A DNA stretch of 63,221 bases, the filler included. It is 5 parts of 5 records of this genome, joined end to end, with 100 filler letters (N's around TTAATTAATTAA, not from the genome) between each part and the next. Parts side by side here need not be neighbours in the genome. Positions count along the whole stretch, not along the records: positions 35,789 to 50,666 come from DRR723986_7961; positions 50,767 to 57,350 come from DRR723986_7962; positions 57,451 to 63,221 come from DRR723986_7965; 2 more parts are not named here. One strand, 5' to 3'. Below the pieces are notes generated by a model that was not told the origin of the DNA, searched no databases, and worked only from the letters and a program-made list of their open reading frames with translations. Both the position numbers and the translations under genes were made by a program. Shown piece after piece: positions 49,169 through 58,434 of this stretch. The first letter of the stretch is position 1, and each line of letters starts with the position of its first letter.

Positions 49169-49588
49169 ATGCCAAAGAAAAAGCCATGGTACGCCGACGG
49201 CCTCCGCTTCGAATGCACGCAGTGCGGCGCGTGCTGCGGGGGTGCACCTGGATACGTCTGGGTTGATGCAGACGAGATTCGCGACTTAGCGGCGGCAATG
49301 GAAATGACCGACGCTGACTTTCGAAAGAAGTTCGTGCGGCGGGTGGGAGGTCGTTTTTCTCTGGTCGAATACCCTGATGGTGATTGCATCCTGCTCGACC
49401 CGCAGACACGAAAATGTATGGCTTACACGGCTCGGCCCATTCAGTGTCGGACTTGGCCATTCTGGAAATCGAATCTTGCTAGCGAATCGAGCTGGGACGA
49501 AACGTGCAAGGAGTGTCCTGGCGCGGGCAAAGGCCAGCTTTATTCACTCGATCAAATTGAAGTTCAGCGCAAGAAGAAGCGGGTCTGA
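49169..49588 (+). CDS. YkgJ (CxxCxxCC) cysteine-cluster protein
   Basis: Motifs CTQCGACC, GDCILL, C..Y.ARP.QCRTWPFW and CPG. Confidence 0.9.
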   Translation: MPKKKPWYADGLRFECTQCGACCGGAPGYVWVDADEIRDLAAAMEMTDADFRKKFVRRVGGRFSLVEYPDGDCILLDPQTRKCMAYTARPIQCRTWPFWKSNLASESSWDETCKECPGAGKGQLYSLDQIEVQRKKKRV

Positions 49589-49627
49589 CGCGGCAGCGCC
49601 AACGCACATTTAGGTGGAATTTAAAGT

Positions 49628-50254
49628 ATGGTCAGCCAACTCAATCGCCCTGATTCCATCGTTCTGGCAACCAGCAACGAAAAGAAGGTGCGCGAGATGC
49701 GTCCTCTTTTGGAGCCACTTGGAATCGAGTTGGTTTCGCTCGCAACGATCGAAGGTGCAATTGACGTTGAGGAAAACGGATCAACGTTTATCGAGAATGC
49801 TCGGCTGAAAGCGACCGTTCAGGCACAGCACCTGTCCCGCTGGTGCATCGGCGAAGATAGCGGACTGTGCGTCGATGCCCTGGATGGGGCCCCGGGAATC
49901 TACTCAGCCCGCTATTCTGCACCAGATCCAACCGACGAAAAGAATAACCAAAAGCTGCTACAAGAGCTGGACGGCCGCCCAGCCCGTGAACGTGGAGCCC
50001 ATTATGTCAGCACCATTGTGCTCGCATCCCCTGAGGGTGAATCGATAATTGAAGCGGCTGGCAAGTGCCATGGCCGAATTATTGAAGAGTACCGCGGCAG
50101 CGGCGGCTTCGGCTACGATCCGCTCTTCGAGATAAGAGAGTACCACCGTACCTTCGCTGAACTGGGGCCGAGCGTGAAGAATGCGCTGAGCCATCGAGGT
50201 CGTGCGCTGGCAAAGTTTATCACTCAACTCAGACGCTTGGTTTCCGACGAGTAA
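49628..50254 (+). CDS. rdgB: Non-canonical purine NTP pyrophosphatase (HAM1)
   Basis: Motifs ATSNEKK, DSGLCVDALDGAPGIYSARY, GFGYDPLF and SHR. Confidence 0.95.
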   Translation: MVSQLNRPDSIVLATSNEKKVREMRPLLEPLGIELVSLATIEGAIDVEENGSTFIENARLKATVQAQHLSRWCIGEDSGLCVDALDGAPGIYSARYSAPDPTDEKNNQKLLQELDGRPARERGAHYVSTIVLASPEGESIIEAAGKCHGRIIEEYRGSGGFGYDPLFEIREYHRTFAELGPSVKNALSHRGRALAKFITQLRRLVSDE

Positions 50255-50437
50255 GGTTCCAGCGCCCAATTGCCCGCATAAATCTTAGCCTTGCGGTAAA
50301 AAAGCATCGAATCTTCTGCCAATCGTGTTGCAGAAATTAGGCATCGTTGTTTATAAATGTGCCTCGCAGAAGCGGAAGTGATTCCGTCAAGCGATACATT
50401 TGACCGACTTGTGATTGCTTGCAGGTTGAGTCAGCCC

Positions 50438-50526
50438 GGAGGAGTGGCTGAGTGGTCGAAAGCACATCATTGCTAATGATGCGACCGGGTCAAACCGGTC
50501 CGCAGGTTCGAATCCTGTCTCCTCCG
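50438..50526 (+). tRNA. tRNA-Ser (anticodon GCT), CCA not encoded
   Basis: GGAGGAG/CTCCTCC acceptor stem, CATCA-TTGCTAA-TGATG anticodon arm, long variable arm GACCGG/CCGGTC, GGTTCGAATCC T arm, discriminator G. Confidence 0.95.
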
Positions 50527-50534
50527 CCTCGAGA

Positions 50535-50582
50535 AGCCCTGAATTGTGACAGAGAAAACTCTGCCGATTCAAGGGCTTTTTT
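50535..50582 (+). terminator. Rho-independent terminator after tRNA
   Basis: AAGCCCTGAAT...ATTCAAGGGCTT stem followed by a T-run. Confidence 0.7.
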
Positions 50583-50666
50583 CGTTTCTATGCATGGCTA
50601 GAGCGGTTCAAGGCACGGTGTAACGTCTTTTCGCCGAGTTGACCCCGTAATTCACTGGATATCAAA

Positions 50667-50766
50667 NNNNNNNNNNNNNNNNNNNNNNNNNNNNNNNNNN
50701 NNNNNNNNNNTTAATTAATTAANNNNNNNNNNNNNNNNNNNNNNNNNNNNNNNNNNNNNNNNNNNN
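50667..50766. other. Artificial contig-joining spacer
   Basis: N44-TTAATTAATTAA-N44. Confidence 0.98.
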
Positions 50767-51339
50767 CTCTTCGCCTTCCATGAACTCTTCGATCACCACT
50801 TCGGCGCCCGCCGCACCAAAGGAGCCGTCAAACATCTCGTCCACCGCCGCCAGCGCCTCCGCTTCGGTCATGGCGATGATCACGCCTTTGCCTGCGGCCA
50901 GCCCGTCGGCTTTGATCACAATCGGTGCGCCTTGCTCCGCCACATAGGCGCGGGCCGCATCGGCATCGGTGAAATGGCCATAGGCTGCCGTGGGCGCGCT
51001 GCAGGCGTCACAAATCTCTTTGGTAAAGGCTTTGGAGGCCTCCAGCTCTGCCGCGGCTGCCGAGGGGCCAAACACCTTGAAACCGGCGCTGCGCAGATCG
51101 TCGGCCACGCCTGCGGCCAATGGCGCTTCGGGGCCGATGATTACAAAATCAATGCTGTTTTCTTCGCAAAAACCGACCACCACGGCACCGTCCATGATGT
51201 CAAAGCTGGCGCAATCGGCAATCGCTTCGATGCCCGCGTTGCCGGGCGCGACAATCAGTTTGTCACATTTGGGGTTCTGCATCACCGCCCAGGCCAATGC
51301 ATGTTCGCGTCCACCGCTGCCCAGAATTAGGATGTTCAT
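50767..51339 (-). CDS. purD: Phosphoribosylamine--glycine ligase, 3'-truncated
   Basis: Motifs MNILILGSGGREHALAW, GPEAPLAAG and KADGLAAGKGV. Start 51339. Confidence 0.96.
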
Positions 51340-51435
51340 CGCGCTCTTGCTCCCTTGGCCTCTGCGTGCTGGCGTTCTAAGCTGGGCAAAGCCCCGAGAC
51401 AAGGCGGCGCAGGCGGACATAAGGACACAATCTGC

Positions 51436-52983
51436 ATGGACCTGATCGACGATCCCAAGGACGGGCTGAACAGCCCCGAATTTTCGGTCACCGAACTGTC
51501 AGGCGCGATCAAGCGTGTGATCGAGGGCGAATTTGGCCATGTGCGCATTCGCGGCGAGGTGGGCCGGGTCAGCCGCCCCCGGTCAGGCCATATCTATCTG
51601 GACCTAAAGGACGACAAATCCGTCATATCCGGCGTCATTTGGAAAGGGGTCAGCGCCCGGCTGGACACCCAGCCCGAAGAGGGGATGGAGGTCGTCGCCA
51701 CCGGGCGCGTCACCACCTTCGGCGGGCAGTCGAAATACCAGATCGTCATTGAAGACATCAAACCGGCCGGCATGGGCGCCTTGATGGCGCTTTTGGAGAA
51801 ACGCAAGAAGATGCTGGCGGCGGAGGGGCTTTTTGAACCCTCCCGCAAACGGCCCTTGCCTTACTTACCTGAAATCATTGGTGTTGTGACCTCGCCCTCC
51901 GGCGCGGTGATCCGCGATATTCTGCACCGGTTGCGCGATAGGTTTCCGCGCAAGGTGCTGATCTGGCCGGTGGCGGTGCAGGGGGCCAAATGTGCCCCCG
52001 AGGTGGCCCGCGCCATTGAAGGGTTCAATGCGCTGACCCCCGGCGGGGCGCTGCCACGGCCCGATCTGCTGATCGTGGCGCGGGGTGGCGGATCGGTTGA
52101 GGATCTATGGGGCTTTAACGAAGAGATCGTGGCGCGGGCTGCGGCCGCCTCGCAGATCCCGCTGATCTCGGCGGTGGGGCATGAGACCGACACCACCTTG
52201 ATCGACTTTGTGTCGGACAAACGCGCCCCAACGCCGACGGCGGCGGCAGAGCTGGCAGTGCCGGTCCGGCACGAATTGGCCGCTTGGCTGGAGACCCAAG
52301 AGGCCCGCATGGGCCAGATGCTGAGCCAGGGATTGACCCGGCGGGGCCAACGGCTGCGCGACATGGCCCGTGCCTTGCCGCGCCCCGAGACCTTGCTGGA
52401 TGGCCCGCGACAGCGGCTTGACCGCGCGGCAGAGAAACTGGAACCGGCGCTGATCGCCGGGGTGCAAAGGCGGCGGGTGCGGCTCGCGGATGTGTCCGGA
52501 TCGTTGCGGCCCGCGACCTTGAAACGGCTGTTGGACAATGACCGGCGCAGGCTGACGGGTTTGGCGGCGCGCCTTGATCCGGCGCTTCTGCGCACCATCG
52601 CGGCCAAGCGGGACCGGTTTGAGACCCGCGCACGGACGTTCCGCCCCGAAGCCTTGGCACAGGATCAGCAGCGCAAGTCGGACGCTTTGGCAAAGGTCAC
52701 ATCGCGCCTGTCCGAAGCGGGGCAGCGCCAGACCCGCAATTGGCGCCAAAAGATCGACGCATTGGACCGGCTGCGCGAAACGCTGAGCTACAAATCCACC
52801 CTGGCGCGGGGCTATGCTGTTGTGCGCGGCGATGGGGCGGTGGTCACGGGTAAAGCCGCGGCGAAAAAGGCGGCAATGCTAGAGATCGAATTTGCCGACG
52901 GGCGCATTGAGGTTGGCGGCAAAGCCCCGGCCAAAAAGAAAACCCCGCCGCCCACCGCACCGGAGCAGGGGACGTTGCTGTGA
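51436..52983 (+). CDS. xseA: Exodeoxyribonuclease VII large subunit
   Basis: Motifs SGHIYLDLKD, VTSPSGAVIRDI, ARGGGSVEDL, SAVGHETD and RAPTPTAAAE. Start ATG 51436. Confidence 0.96.
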   Translation: MDLIDDPKDGLNSPEFSVTELSGAIKRVIEGEFGHVRIRGEVGRVSRPRSGHIYLDLKDDKSVISGVIWKGVSARLDTQPEEGMEVVATGRVTTFGGQSKYQIVIEDIKPAGMGALMALLEKRKKMLAAEGLFEPSRKRPLPYLPEIIGVVTSPSGAVIRDILHRLRDRFPRKVLIWPVAVQGAKCAPEVARAIEGFNALTPGGALPRPDLLIVARGGGSVEDLWGFNEEIVARAAAASQIPLISAVGHETDTTLIDFVSDKRAPTPTAAAELAVPVRHELAAWLETQEARMGQMLSQGLTRRGQRLRDMARALPRPETLLDGPRQRLDRAAEKLEPALIAGVQRRRVRLADVSGSLRPATLKRLLDNDRRRLTGLAARLDPALLRTIAAKRDRFETRARTFRPEALAQDQQRKSDALAKVTSRLSEAGQRQTRNWRQKIDALDRLRETLSYKSTLARGYAVVRGDGAVVTGKAAAKKAAMLEIEFADGRIEVGGKAPAKKKTPPPTAPEQGTLL

Positions 52984-52998
52984 CCGGTCCGCAGGCCC

Positions 52999-53394
52999 CT
53001 AGACGCCGACCTTGGGACCGAGGCAAACCATTTCTTCACCGACGTCTTGCGCCTCGTAAAGCTCTGTTGTCAGGGGGTTATTTTCAAATCGCGCGATCAA
53101 TCCGCTGCTGCCTTCGGAAAAGGACCAGCACTGCGGATCTGGGTTGTCTTCATAGACAAAGCAGATCAGCCCGGCCTCTTCATACCATTCCCCGTCCTTG
53201 CATTGCCCATCCAGAAAGGACCACCGGACCCGGCGATCTTCGAGATAGATCTCGGCCCCATAAGCCGCGCCATCACGGCCATAAAACAGCGTTTTGCCGC
53301 GGGTGTAGCGGTCAAATTCCGCGGCTGTCATCAGATCCTGCGCGGTGGCAGGCAGGGCGGCAAAGGCGGCAAAGATCAAAGTCGTAAATTTCAT
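52999..53394 (-). CDS. Small secreted Cys-containing hypothetical protein (Roseobacter-type)
   Basis: Signal peptide MKFTTLIFAAFAALPATA and pattern C..G.W....ICF.YE....QCW.F. Confidence 0.7.
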   Translation of the reverse strand: MKFTTLIFAAFAALPATAQDLMTAAEFDRYTRGKTLFYGRDGAAYGAEIYLEDRRVRWSFLDGQCKDGEWYEEAGLICFVYEDNPDPQCWSFSEGSSGLIARFENNPLTTELYEAQDVGEEMVCLGPKVGV

Positions 53395-53420
53395 GTGGCA
53401 AAGACTGTCAGAAACGCGCC

Positions 53421-54443
53421 TCATCGACCAGCCCCCGGATGGCCGGAGGCTGCATTTTGCCAACGGGCGGCGCGGTGATCCATCATCCGGTGCCACAGCG
53501 GCGGGATCAGCGCGATACTTGCCATAACCGGCAGGGAACGGGGCAGCACTGGCATCGTGTCTGCTGTGACTTCAAGAGCTGGAAACGGACGGGCAGGGCG
53601 CAGATGGTGGTCGGAATGGCGCGGCGCGTTCAGCATCATCGCAGAAGAATACCACTGCGGCGCGTTCCAACTGTGCTGCGGGCCCATAGGTTCGGGCTTG
53701 CCATTTGGCTTGGCGGTACGGCGCAGCCCGTAGTGCTGGACATAATCAGACAGCAGCAATTGCCATTGCGCATAGGCGGCCAGCGCTGTATGGATCACCA
53801 CCCCGCCCATGCCCGCAAGCGCATAGGACAACAGCAGGCTGATTGCGGCCCCGCCAATCCAAAACACGTAAGGGTTCCGCAGCGGTTTGCCTTGATGTCT
53901 GCGGGTCTCTGCCCTCAGGCCGGCCATAAATTCCGCCGGAGCGGCCCGCAGCCAGAACCGCCAGAACCCTTCGCCCAAGTCGGCTGTATTGGGGTCAAGA
54001 GGCGTGGCGGCATGAATGTGATGAACATGCAAATGGGCCGAAACATGATGCCCGTGCCCAAGCGTGCAGAATATCAACGCGCCCAGCCGCCGGGGCCAAC
54101 GTGCCTTGGCATGGATCAGCTCATGCGCGTTGGAATTTGACACTTGCCCCAAAAACAGCCCCAAGGCGGCAAAGGTTATGATTTTGCCGGTCAGATCCAG
54201 CGGGCTGTCTGAGGAAAGCGCGATAACCCCCAGCCAAAGAACCAAAACATGCGCAGCGGCCAGAAGACAACAAAGCCAAAGGCCGGTGCTTTGCGTGTTT
54301 GCTGGCGACCGGTTCAGCCGGTCCATAAAATACACGGCGCCCGTCACCGACAGCAAAGCCAGCAGCGGCCATACCCCGCCCCACAGGCAGGCGGCCCCGA
54401 GAAACGCCGCAGGGGTCAAGCTGGCGATGGCATACCACAACAC
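53421..54443 (-). CDS. AlkB-like membrane diiron monooxygenase/desaturase
   Basis: His boxes AHELIH, HLHVHH, DYVQHYGL and RHSDHH, plus HSWN. GTG 54443 with GAGGAG SD. Confidence 0.85.
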   Translation of the reverse strand: MLWYAIASLTPAAFLGAACLWGGVWPLLALLSVTGAVYFMDRLNRSPANTQSTGLWLCCLLAAAHVLVLWLGVIALSSDSPLDLTGKIITFAALGLFLGQVSNSNAHELIHAKARWPRRLGALIFCTLGHGHHVSAHLHVHHIHAATPLDPNTADLGEGFWRFWLRAAPAEFMAGLRAETRRHQGKPLRNPYVFWIGGAAISLLLSYALAGMGGVVIHTALAAYAQWQLLLSDYVQHYGLRRTAKPNGKPEPMGPQHSWNAPQWYSSAMMLNAPRHSDHHLRPARPFPALEVTADTMPVLPRSLPVMASIALIPPLWHRMMDHRAARWQNAASGHPGAGR

Positions 54444-54611
54444 GAAACGGCACTCCTCAACTGCGGCCATTCTGGCGCGGCGGCGCGTGCGGCACAATCA
54501 CACTTATCATTGGCCCCCCGCGCAAACTGCGATGGAATTGTCGCTTTTTTATCGTGCCCGCCCCTAAGGATTTGTTAGAGATGCGCCAACCAATGCAAAA
54601 AAGGGTAGATC

Positions 54612-56324
54612 ATGGCGCTGGATGAGAACACCAAGACCGCAGGCGACGGGCCGAAAAAAGGCGTCTGGAAATCCGGCAAAGGCAAGGGCCGCCGCCACAC
54701 CAAGGGTCGCCAGCTTGAGGATCAGGCCTGGGGCGAAGTGCGCGCGCTGCTTGAGGGCAAAAGCCGTGACCGTGATCTGCTGATTGAGCATTTGCACCTG
54801 ATTCAGGATGAATACGGCCATCTGTCTGCCGCGCATATCCGCGCCTTGGCCGAAGAGATGCGCCTGTCTATGGCCGAGATTTACGAGGTCGCGACCTTTT
54901 ATGCGCATTTCGATGTGGTCAAAGAAGGCGAAACACCGCCCCCCGCCCTGACCATTCGCGTGTGCGATTCCCTGTCCTGTGAACTGGCCGGCGCACAGCA
55001 GTTGAAAGCGGCGCTTGAAGACGGGCTTGATCCGGCTGAGGTCCGCGTGTTGCGCGCGCCTTGTATGGGCCGCTGCGACACCGCGCCTGTGCTGGAACTG
55101 GGTCACAACCATATCGACAATGCGACCCCTGAAAAGGTTCAGGCCGCGATTGCCGCGCAGGACACCCACGCGCATTTGCCCGACTATGAGACCTATGGGG
55201 CCTATGCCGCCACCGGCGGCTATGAAACCTTCAAAGACCTGCGCGACAATGGCAATTGGGAAGAGGTGCAGGAAAAGGTTCTGGCCTCCGGCCTGCGCGG
55301 TCTGGGCGGGGCGGGTTTCCCGTCGGGCAAGAAGTGGGGCTTTGTCCGCGCCAATGACGGCACACGTTATCTGGCCGTGAATGGCGACGAAGGCGAGCCG
55401 GGCACGTTCAAGGACCGTTGGTATCTGGAACGCACGCCGCATCTGTTCCTTGAGGGCATGTTGATTGCGGCATGGGCGGTTGAGGCGGAAAAAGCGTTCA
55501 TCTACATGCGCGATGAATATCCGGCGGTTCTGGAAATTCTGCGCCGCGAGATTGCCGCGTTGGAAGAGGCCGGGATCGTCGAGGCGGGCTATATCGATCT
55601 GCGCCGCGGCGCAGGCGCATATATCTGCGGCGAAGAAAGCGCGATGATTGAAAGCATCGAAGGCAAACGCGGCATGCCGCGCCACCGCCCGCCGTTTGTG
55701 GCGCAGGTCGGGATCTTTAACAAACCGACATTGGTGCACAACGTCGAGACCCTGCATTGGGTCGCGCGGATCTGCCGCGAAGGGCCTGAGGTTCTGTCGT
55801 CCACCGAAAAGAACGGCCGCAAAGGATTGCGCAGCTATTCCGTGTCGGGCCGCGTGGCCAATCCGGGCATGTATCTGCTGCCCGCCGGATCAACCATCAC
55901 CGATATTATCGAGGCCTGCGGCGGCATGGCGAGCGGTCACAGCTTCAAGGCCTATCAGCCGGGCGGGCCGTCTTCGGGACTGCTGCCTGCGTCGATGAAT
56001 GACATCGCCTTGGATTTCGACACGTTGCAGCCCCATGGATCCTTCATCGGCTCCGCTGCGGTGGTGGTTCTGTCCGATCAAGATTCGGCCAAGGCGGCGG
56101 CACTGAACATGCTGCGGTTCTTTGAGGACGAAAGCTGCGGCCAATGTACGCCGTGCCGGGTAGGCTGCGAAAAGGCAGTGAAGCTGATGCAGAAAGACAG
56201 CTGGGATCAGGGGCTGCTGGAAGAATTGAGCACAGCGATGGTTGATGCCTCCATTTGCGGTCTGGGACAGGCGGCGCCAAACCCGATCCGGCTGGTGATG
56301 AAGCATTTCCCGGACGAGATTTAA
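54612..56324 (+). CDS. NuoE/NuoF fusion flavo-iron-sulfur protein (formate dehydrogenase beta/diaphorase-type)
   Basis: 2Fe-2S motifs VCDSLSC..CMGRC, GLRGLGGAGFP, NGDEGEPGTFKDR, GAGAYICGEE and ESCGQCTPCRVG..ICGLG. Confidence 0.9.
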   Translation: MALDENTKTAGDGPKKGVWKSGKGKGRRHTKGRQLEDQAWGEVRALLEGKSRDRDLLIEHLHLIQDEYGHLSAAHIRALAEEMRLSMAEIYEVATFYAHFDVVKEGETPPPALTIRVCDSLSCELAGAQQLKAALEDGLDPAEVRVLRAPCMGRCDTAPVLELGHNHIDNATPEKVQAAIAAQDTHAHLPDYETYGAYAATGGYETFKDLRDNGNWEEVQEKVLASGLRGLGGAGFPSGKKWGFVRANDGTRYLAVNGDEGEPGTFKDRWYLERTPHLFLEGMLIAAWAVEAEKAFIYMRDEYPAVLEILRREIAALEEAGIVEAGYIDLRRGAGAYICGEESAMIESIEGKRGMPRHRPPFVAQVGIFNKPTLVHNVETLHWVARICREGPEVLSSTEKNGRKGLRSYSVSGRVANPGMYLLPAGSTITDIIEACGGMASGHSFKAYQPGGPSSGLLPASMNDIALDFDTLQPHGSFIGSAAVVVLSDQDSAKAAALNMLRFFEDESCGQCTPCRVGCEKAVKLMQKDSWDQGLLEELSTAMVDASICGLGQAAPNPIRLVMKHFPDEI

Positions 56325-56327
56325 GGT

Positions 56328-56966
56328 TTGATCTGGACACTGACAGGGGCGGCGGCCGCGATCTATTGGGCGCTGTCCCTGTCTGAGGGTCACAGCGTTT
56401 TTCGGAGCGCTGTCAAAGGCTTGTCGGTGTTTCCTCTTGCGATTTCCGCGCTGGTGGCAGGGATGCCCGCATTGGCGATGGCACTGGCGCTTTGCAGTCT
56501 TGGTGATGTTGTGCTCTCCCGTCCGGGGGACAAGGCGTTTCTGGGTGGGTTGATCGCCTTTGCTTTGGGTCATCTGGGGTGGATTGCGGTGTTCTTCGTT
56601 TATCTGAGCCCTGATCCGGCGCATCTGGCTGCGCCGCTGGCATTTGCACTGCTTCTTGGCTTGGCGGTTCTGGCGGGGGTTATGGTGCGGGTGCTTTTGC
56701 CGAACGCGGGCGATCTGCGCCTTCCGGTGGCTGTTTATATTGGCATTATCATTGCCATGGGGATCTGTGGTTTGATGACGGCAGAACCGCTGGTGGTTCT
56801 CGGGGCGCTGGCTTTTGCGGCGTCCGATACCTTGCTGGGATTGCAAACCTTTGTTTTGGCGCGCGGGGACCGGGCTGAACGTTGGGCCAACGTTCTGATC
56901 TGGCCGCTATATTGGGGGGCGATCGTGCTTTTGACACTCGGGACGGCTGGGCAAGGGGTGTTTTAA
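56328..56966 (+). CDS. YhhN/lysoplasmalogenase family membrane protein
   Basis: Motifs K..S, LGDVVL, F..GL.AF..GH, ASDTLL and IWPLYW. Confidence 0.85.
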   Translation: MIWTLTGAAAAIYWALSLSEGHSVFRSAVKGLSVFPLAISALVAGMPALAMALALCSLGDVVLSRPGDKAFLGGLIAFALGHLGWIAVFFVYLSPDPAHLAAPLAFALLLGLAVLAGVMVRVLLPNAGDLRLPVAVYIGIIIAMGICGLMTAEPLVVLGALAFAASDTLLGLQTFVLARGDRAERWANVLIWPLYWGAIVLLTLGTAGQGVF

Positions 56967-57031
56967 CCGGCCACCCTTCCATCCGGCGGAACTAGACTAT
57001 AGATCAGGGAAAACCTGCGCGGAGATTTCCC

Positions 57032-57350
57032 TTGGCATTTTTCAAGAAGCTCAAAGACAAGCTGTTTAAATCCTCGTCCAAGATCGACGAAGGTCTGGAG
57101 GCGATTGTCAGTGATGGCGGCGCCGAAGAGGCGGCTGTGGATGAGGTGATGCAAGAGGCTCCGGCGGCGGCTGCGGAAATCTTGCCGGAGGCCGTTGATC
57201 CGGAGCCTGCGCCGGTTGCAGAAGTTAAAGAGCCGCTGCCGGAACCAGTGCCTGCGCCCGTTGCAACGGACCCCGAGCCGATAGAAGAGCTGGCCAAAGA
57301 GGAGGAGATCGCCGAGCCCCTTCCAGAGCCAGAGCCAGAGCCAGAGCCAG
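57032..57350 (+). CDS. ftsY: SRP receptor FtsY, N-terminal acidic region, 3'-truncated
   Basis: MAFFKKLKDKLFKSSSKIDEGL followed by an acidic Pro/Glu tract, the usual N-terminus of rhodobacteral FtsY. The GTPase domain is not seen. Confidence 0.7.
57323..57350 (+). repeat. (CCAGAG)n hexamer repeat encoding Pro-Glu, at contig end
   Basis: Directly visible, ~4.7 units. Confidence 0.85.
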
Positions 57351-57450
57351 NNNNNNNNNNNNNNNNNNNNNNNNNNNNNNNNNNNNNNNNNNNNTTAATT
57401 AATTAANNNNNNNNNNNNNNNNNNNNNNNNNNNNNNNNNNNNNNNNNNNN
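57351..57450. other. Artificial contig-joining spacer
   Basis: N44-TTAATTAATTAA-N44. Confidence 0.98.
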
Positions 57451-58185
57451 GCGAGCCGATTCAAACAACCCCTCCCCGCTATTGGGATCTTCCAGATAGG
57501 GCACCTGCACCCGGCCATGTTGCTGGAAAAACGCGTCCCGCTTGCCGCCAGGAATGGGCCGATACGGACCGGGTTTGATGCGCTGTCGGGCAGGTCCGAC
57601 TTCGGTCCAGTGTTCCTTGCCCAGATTATGCAAGGTGTACGGAATCTCGTTTTCGCAGAGTCGTTCCCGAATCAGGCGCGAGAACGGGCTGCCTTCGAAA
57701 CTCCACAAGTGAAGCCCCTGCTCAGGGCGCCGGGCTGGCCGCGCACGCATCCCGCGAAGTTCACTGGCCCCGGAGCCTGCAGCGCCGAGTGCCGGTTGCC
57801 AGGGACGGCCCTGGTAGTAGCGAGGCACGGAACGATGCGCATACTGGCGGAACAGATACTCGATAATCGCCTCGGATTCATACAGCACTTCACCGGTGTT
57901 CTGGTCATGCAGCAGGGGAAACTGCTGCTTGCCCCCCAGGGTCTCGGCTTCCGGGCGGAATACCCGACCACCCTTCGGGCAGGGTCGAATCTCAACGTCC
58001 AGATGCAATGCCGTCAGCACCTCACGAACACGGCGGCAGTATGGACAGGCTTCAATGTCATAGAGAACCAGCGGCTTCTCAGGTTGCGGAACAGCCTTGA
58101 TAACCAGGCACCCGCGCCAGGCTGCAAAAGAAGAAGTGGCAACCGATTCCAGCACATTCACCTGATGCTTCAGCGTTTTTAACAT
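57451..58185 (-). CDS. Tandem GST-N/glutaredoxin-like domain protein, 3'-truncated
   Basis: Domain 1: EACPYCRRVRE..QFP.L.D.N..ES. Domain 2: EGSPFSRLIRE..QVPYLEDPN..ES. ATG 58185. Confidence 0.85.
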
Positions 58186-58434
58186 GATCGTTCCCTTGTT
58201 TTCGTCATTTTCTGCATTGTCCCACAGGAGAATCTGTGCCCATTGGCCCGCAGGCCCCTGTGCCGGCGTCATACTAACTCACTGATTCTTCAGGCCACTT
58301 ACTCGATGTCACAAAAACTCAATATAAACAAAGACTCTACTGCCATTTTTTAACGTCATGTATAGCTTTTCTGCATAGTACATACGCAAAGAATGGGCTA
58401 TTGTACAAAGAGAACACAACAACGGATTCCGGTC

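Noticed and set aside
54564..55757. 397-aa antisense ORF (also 8030-9046, 20640-21443, 55890-56846)
   Set aside because: These are shadow frames opposite well-supported genes in GC-rich DNA, with no recognisable motifs.
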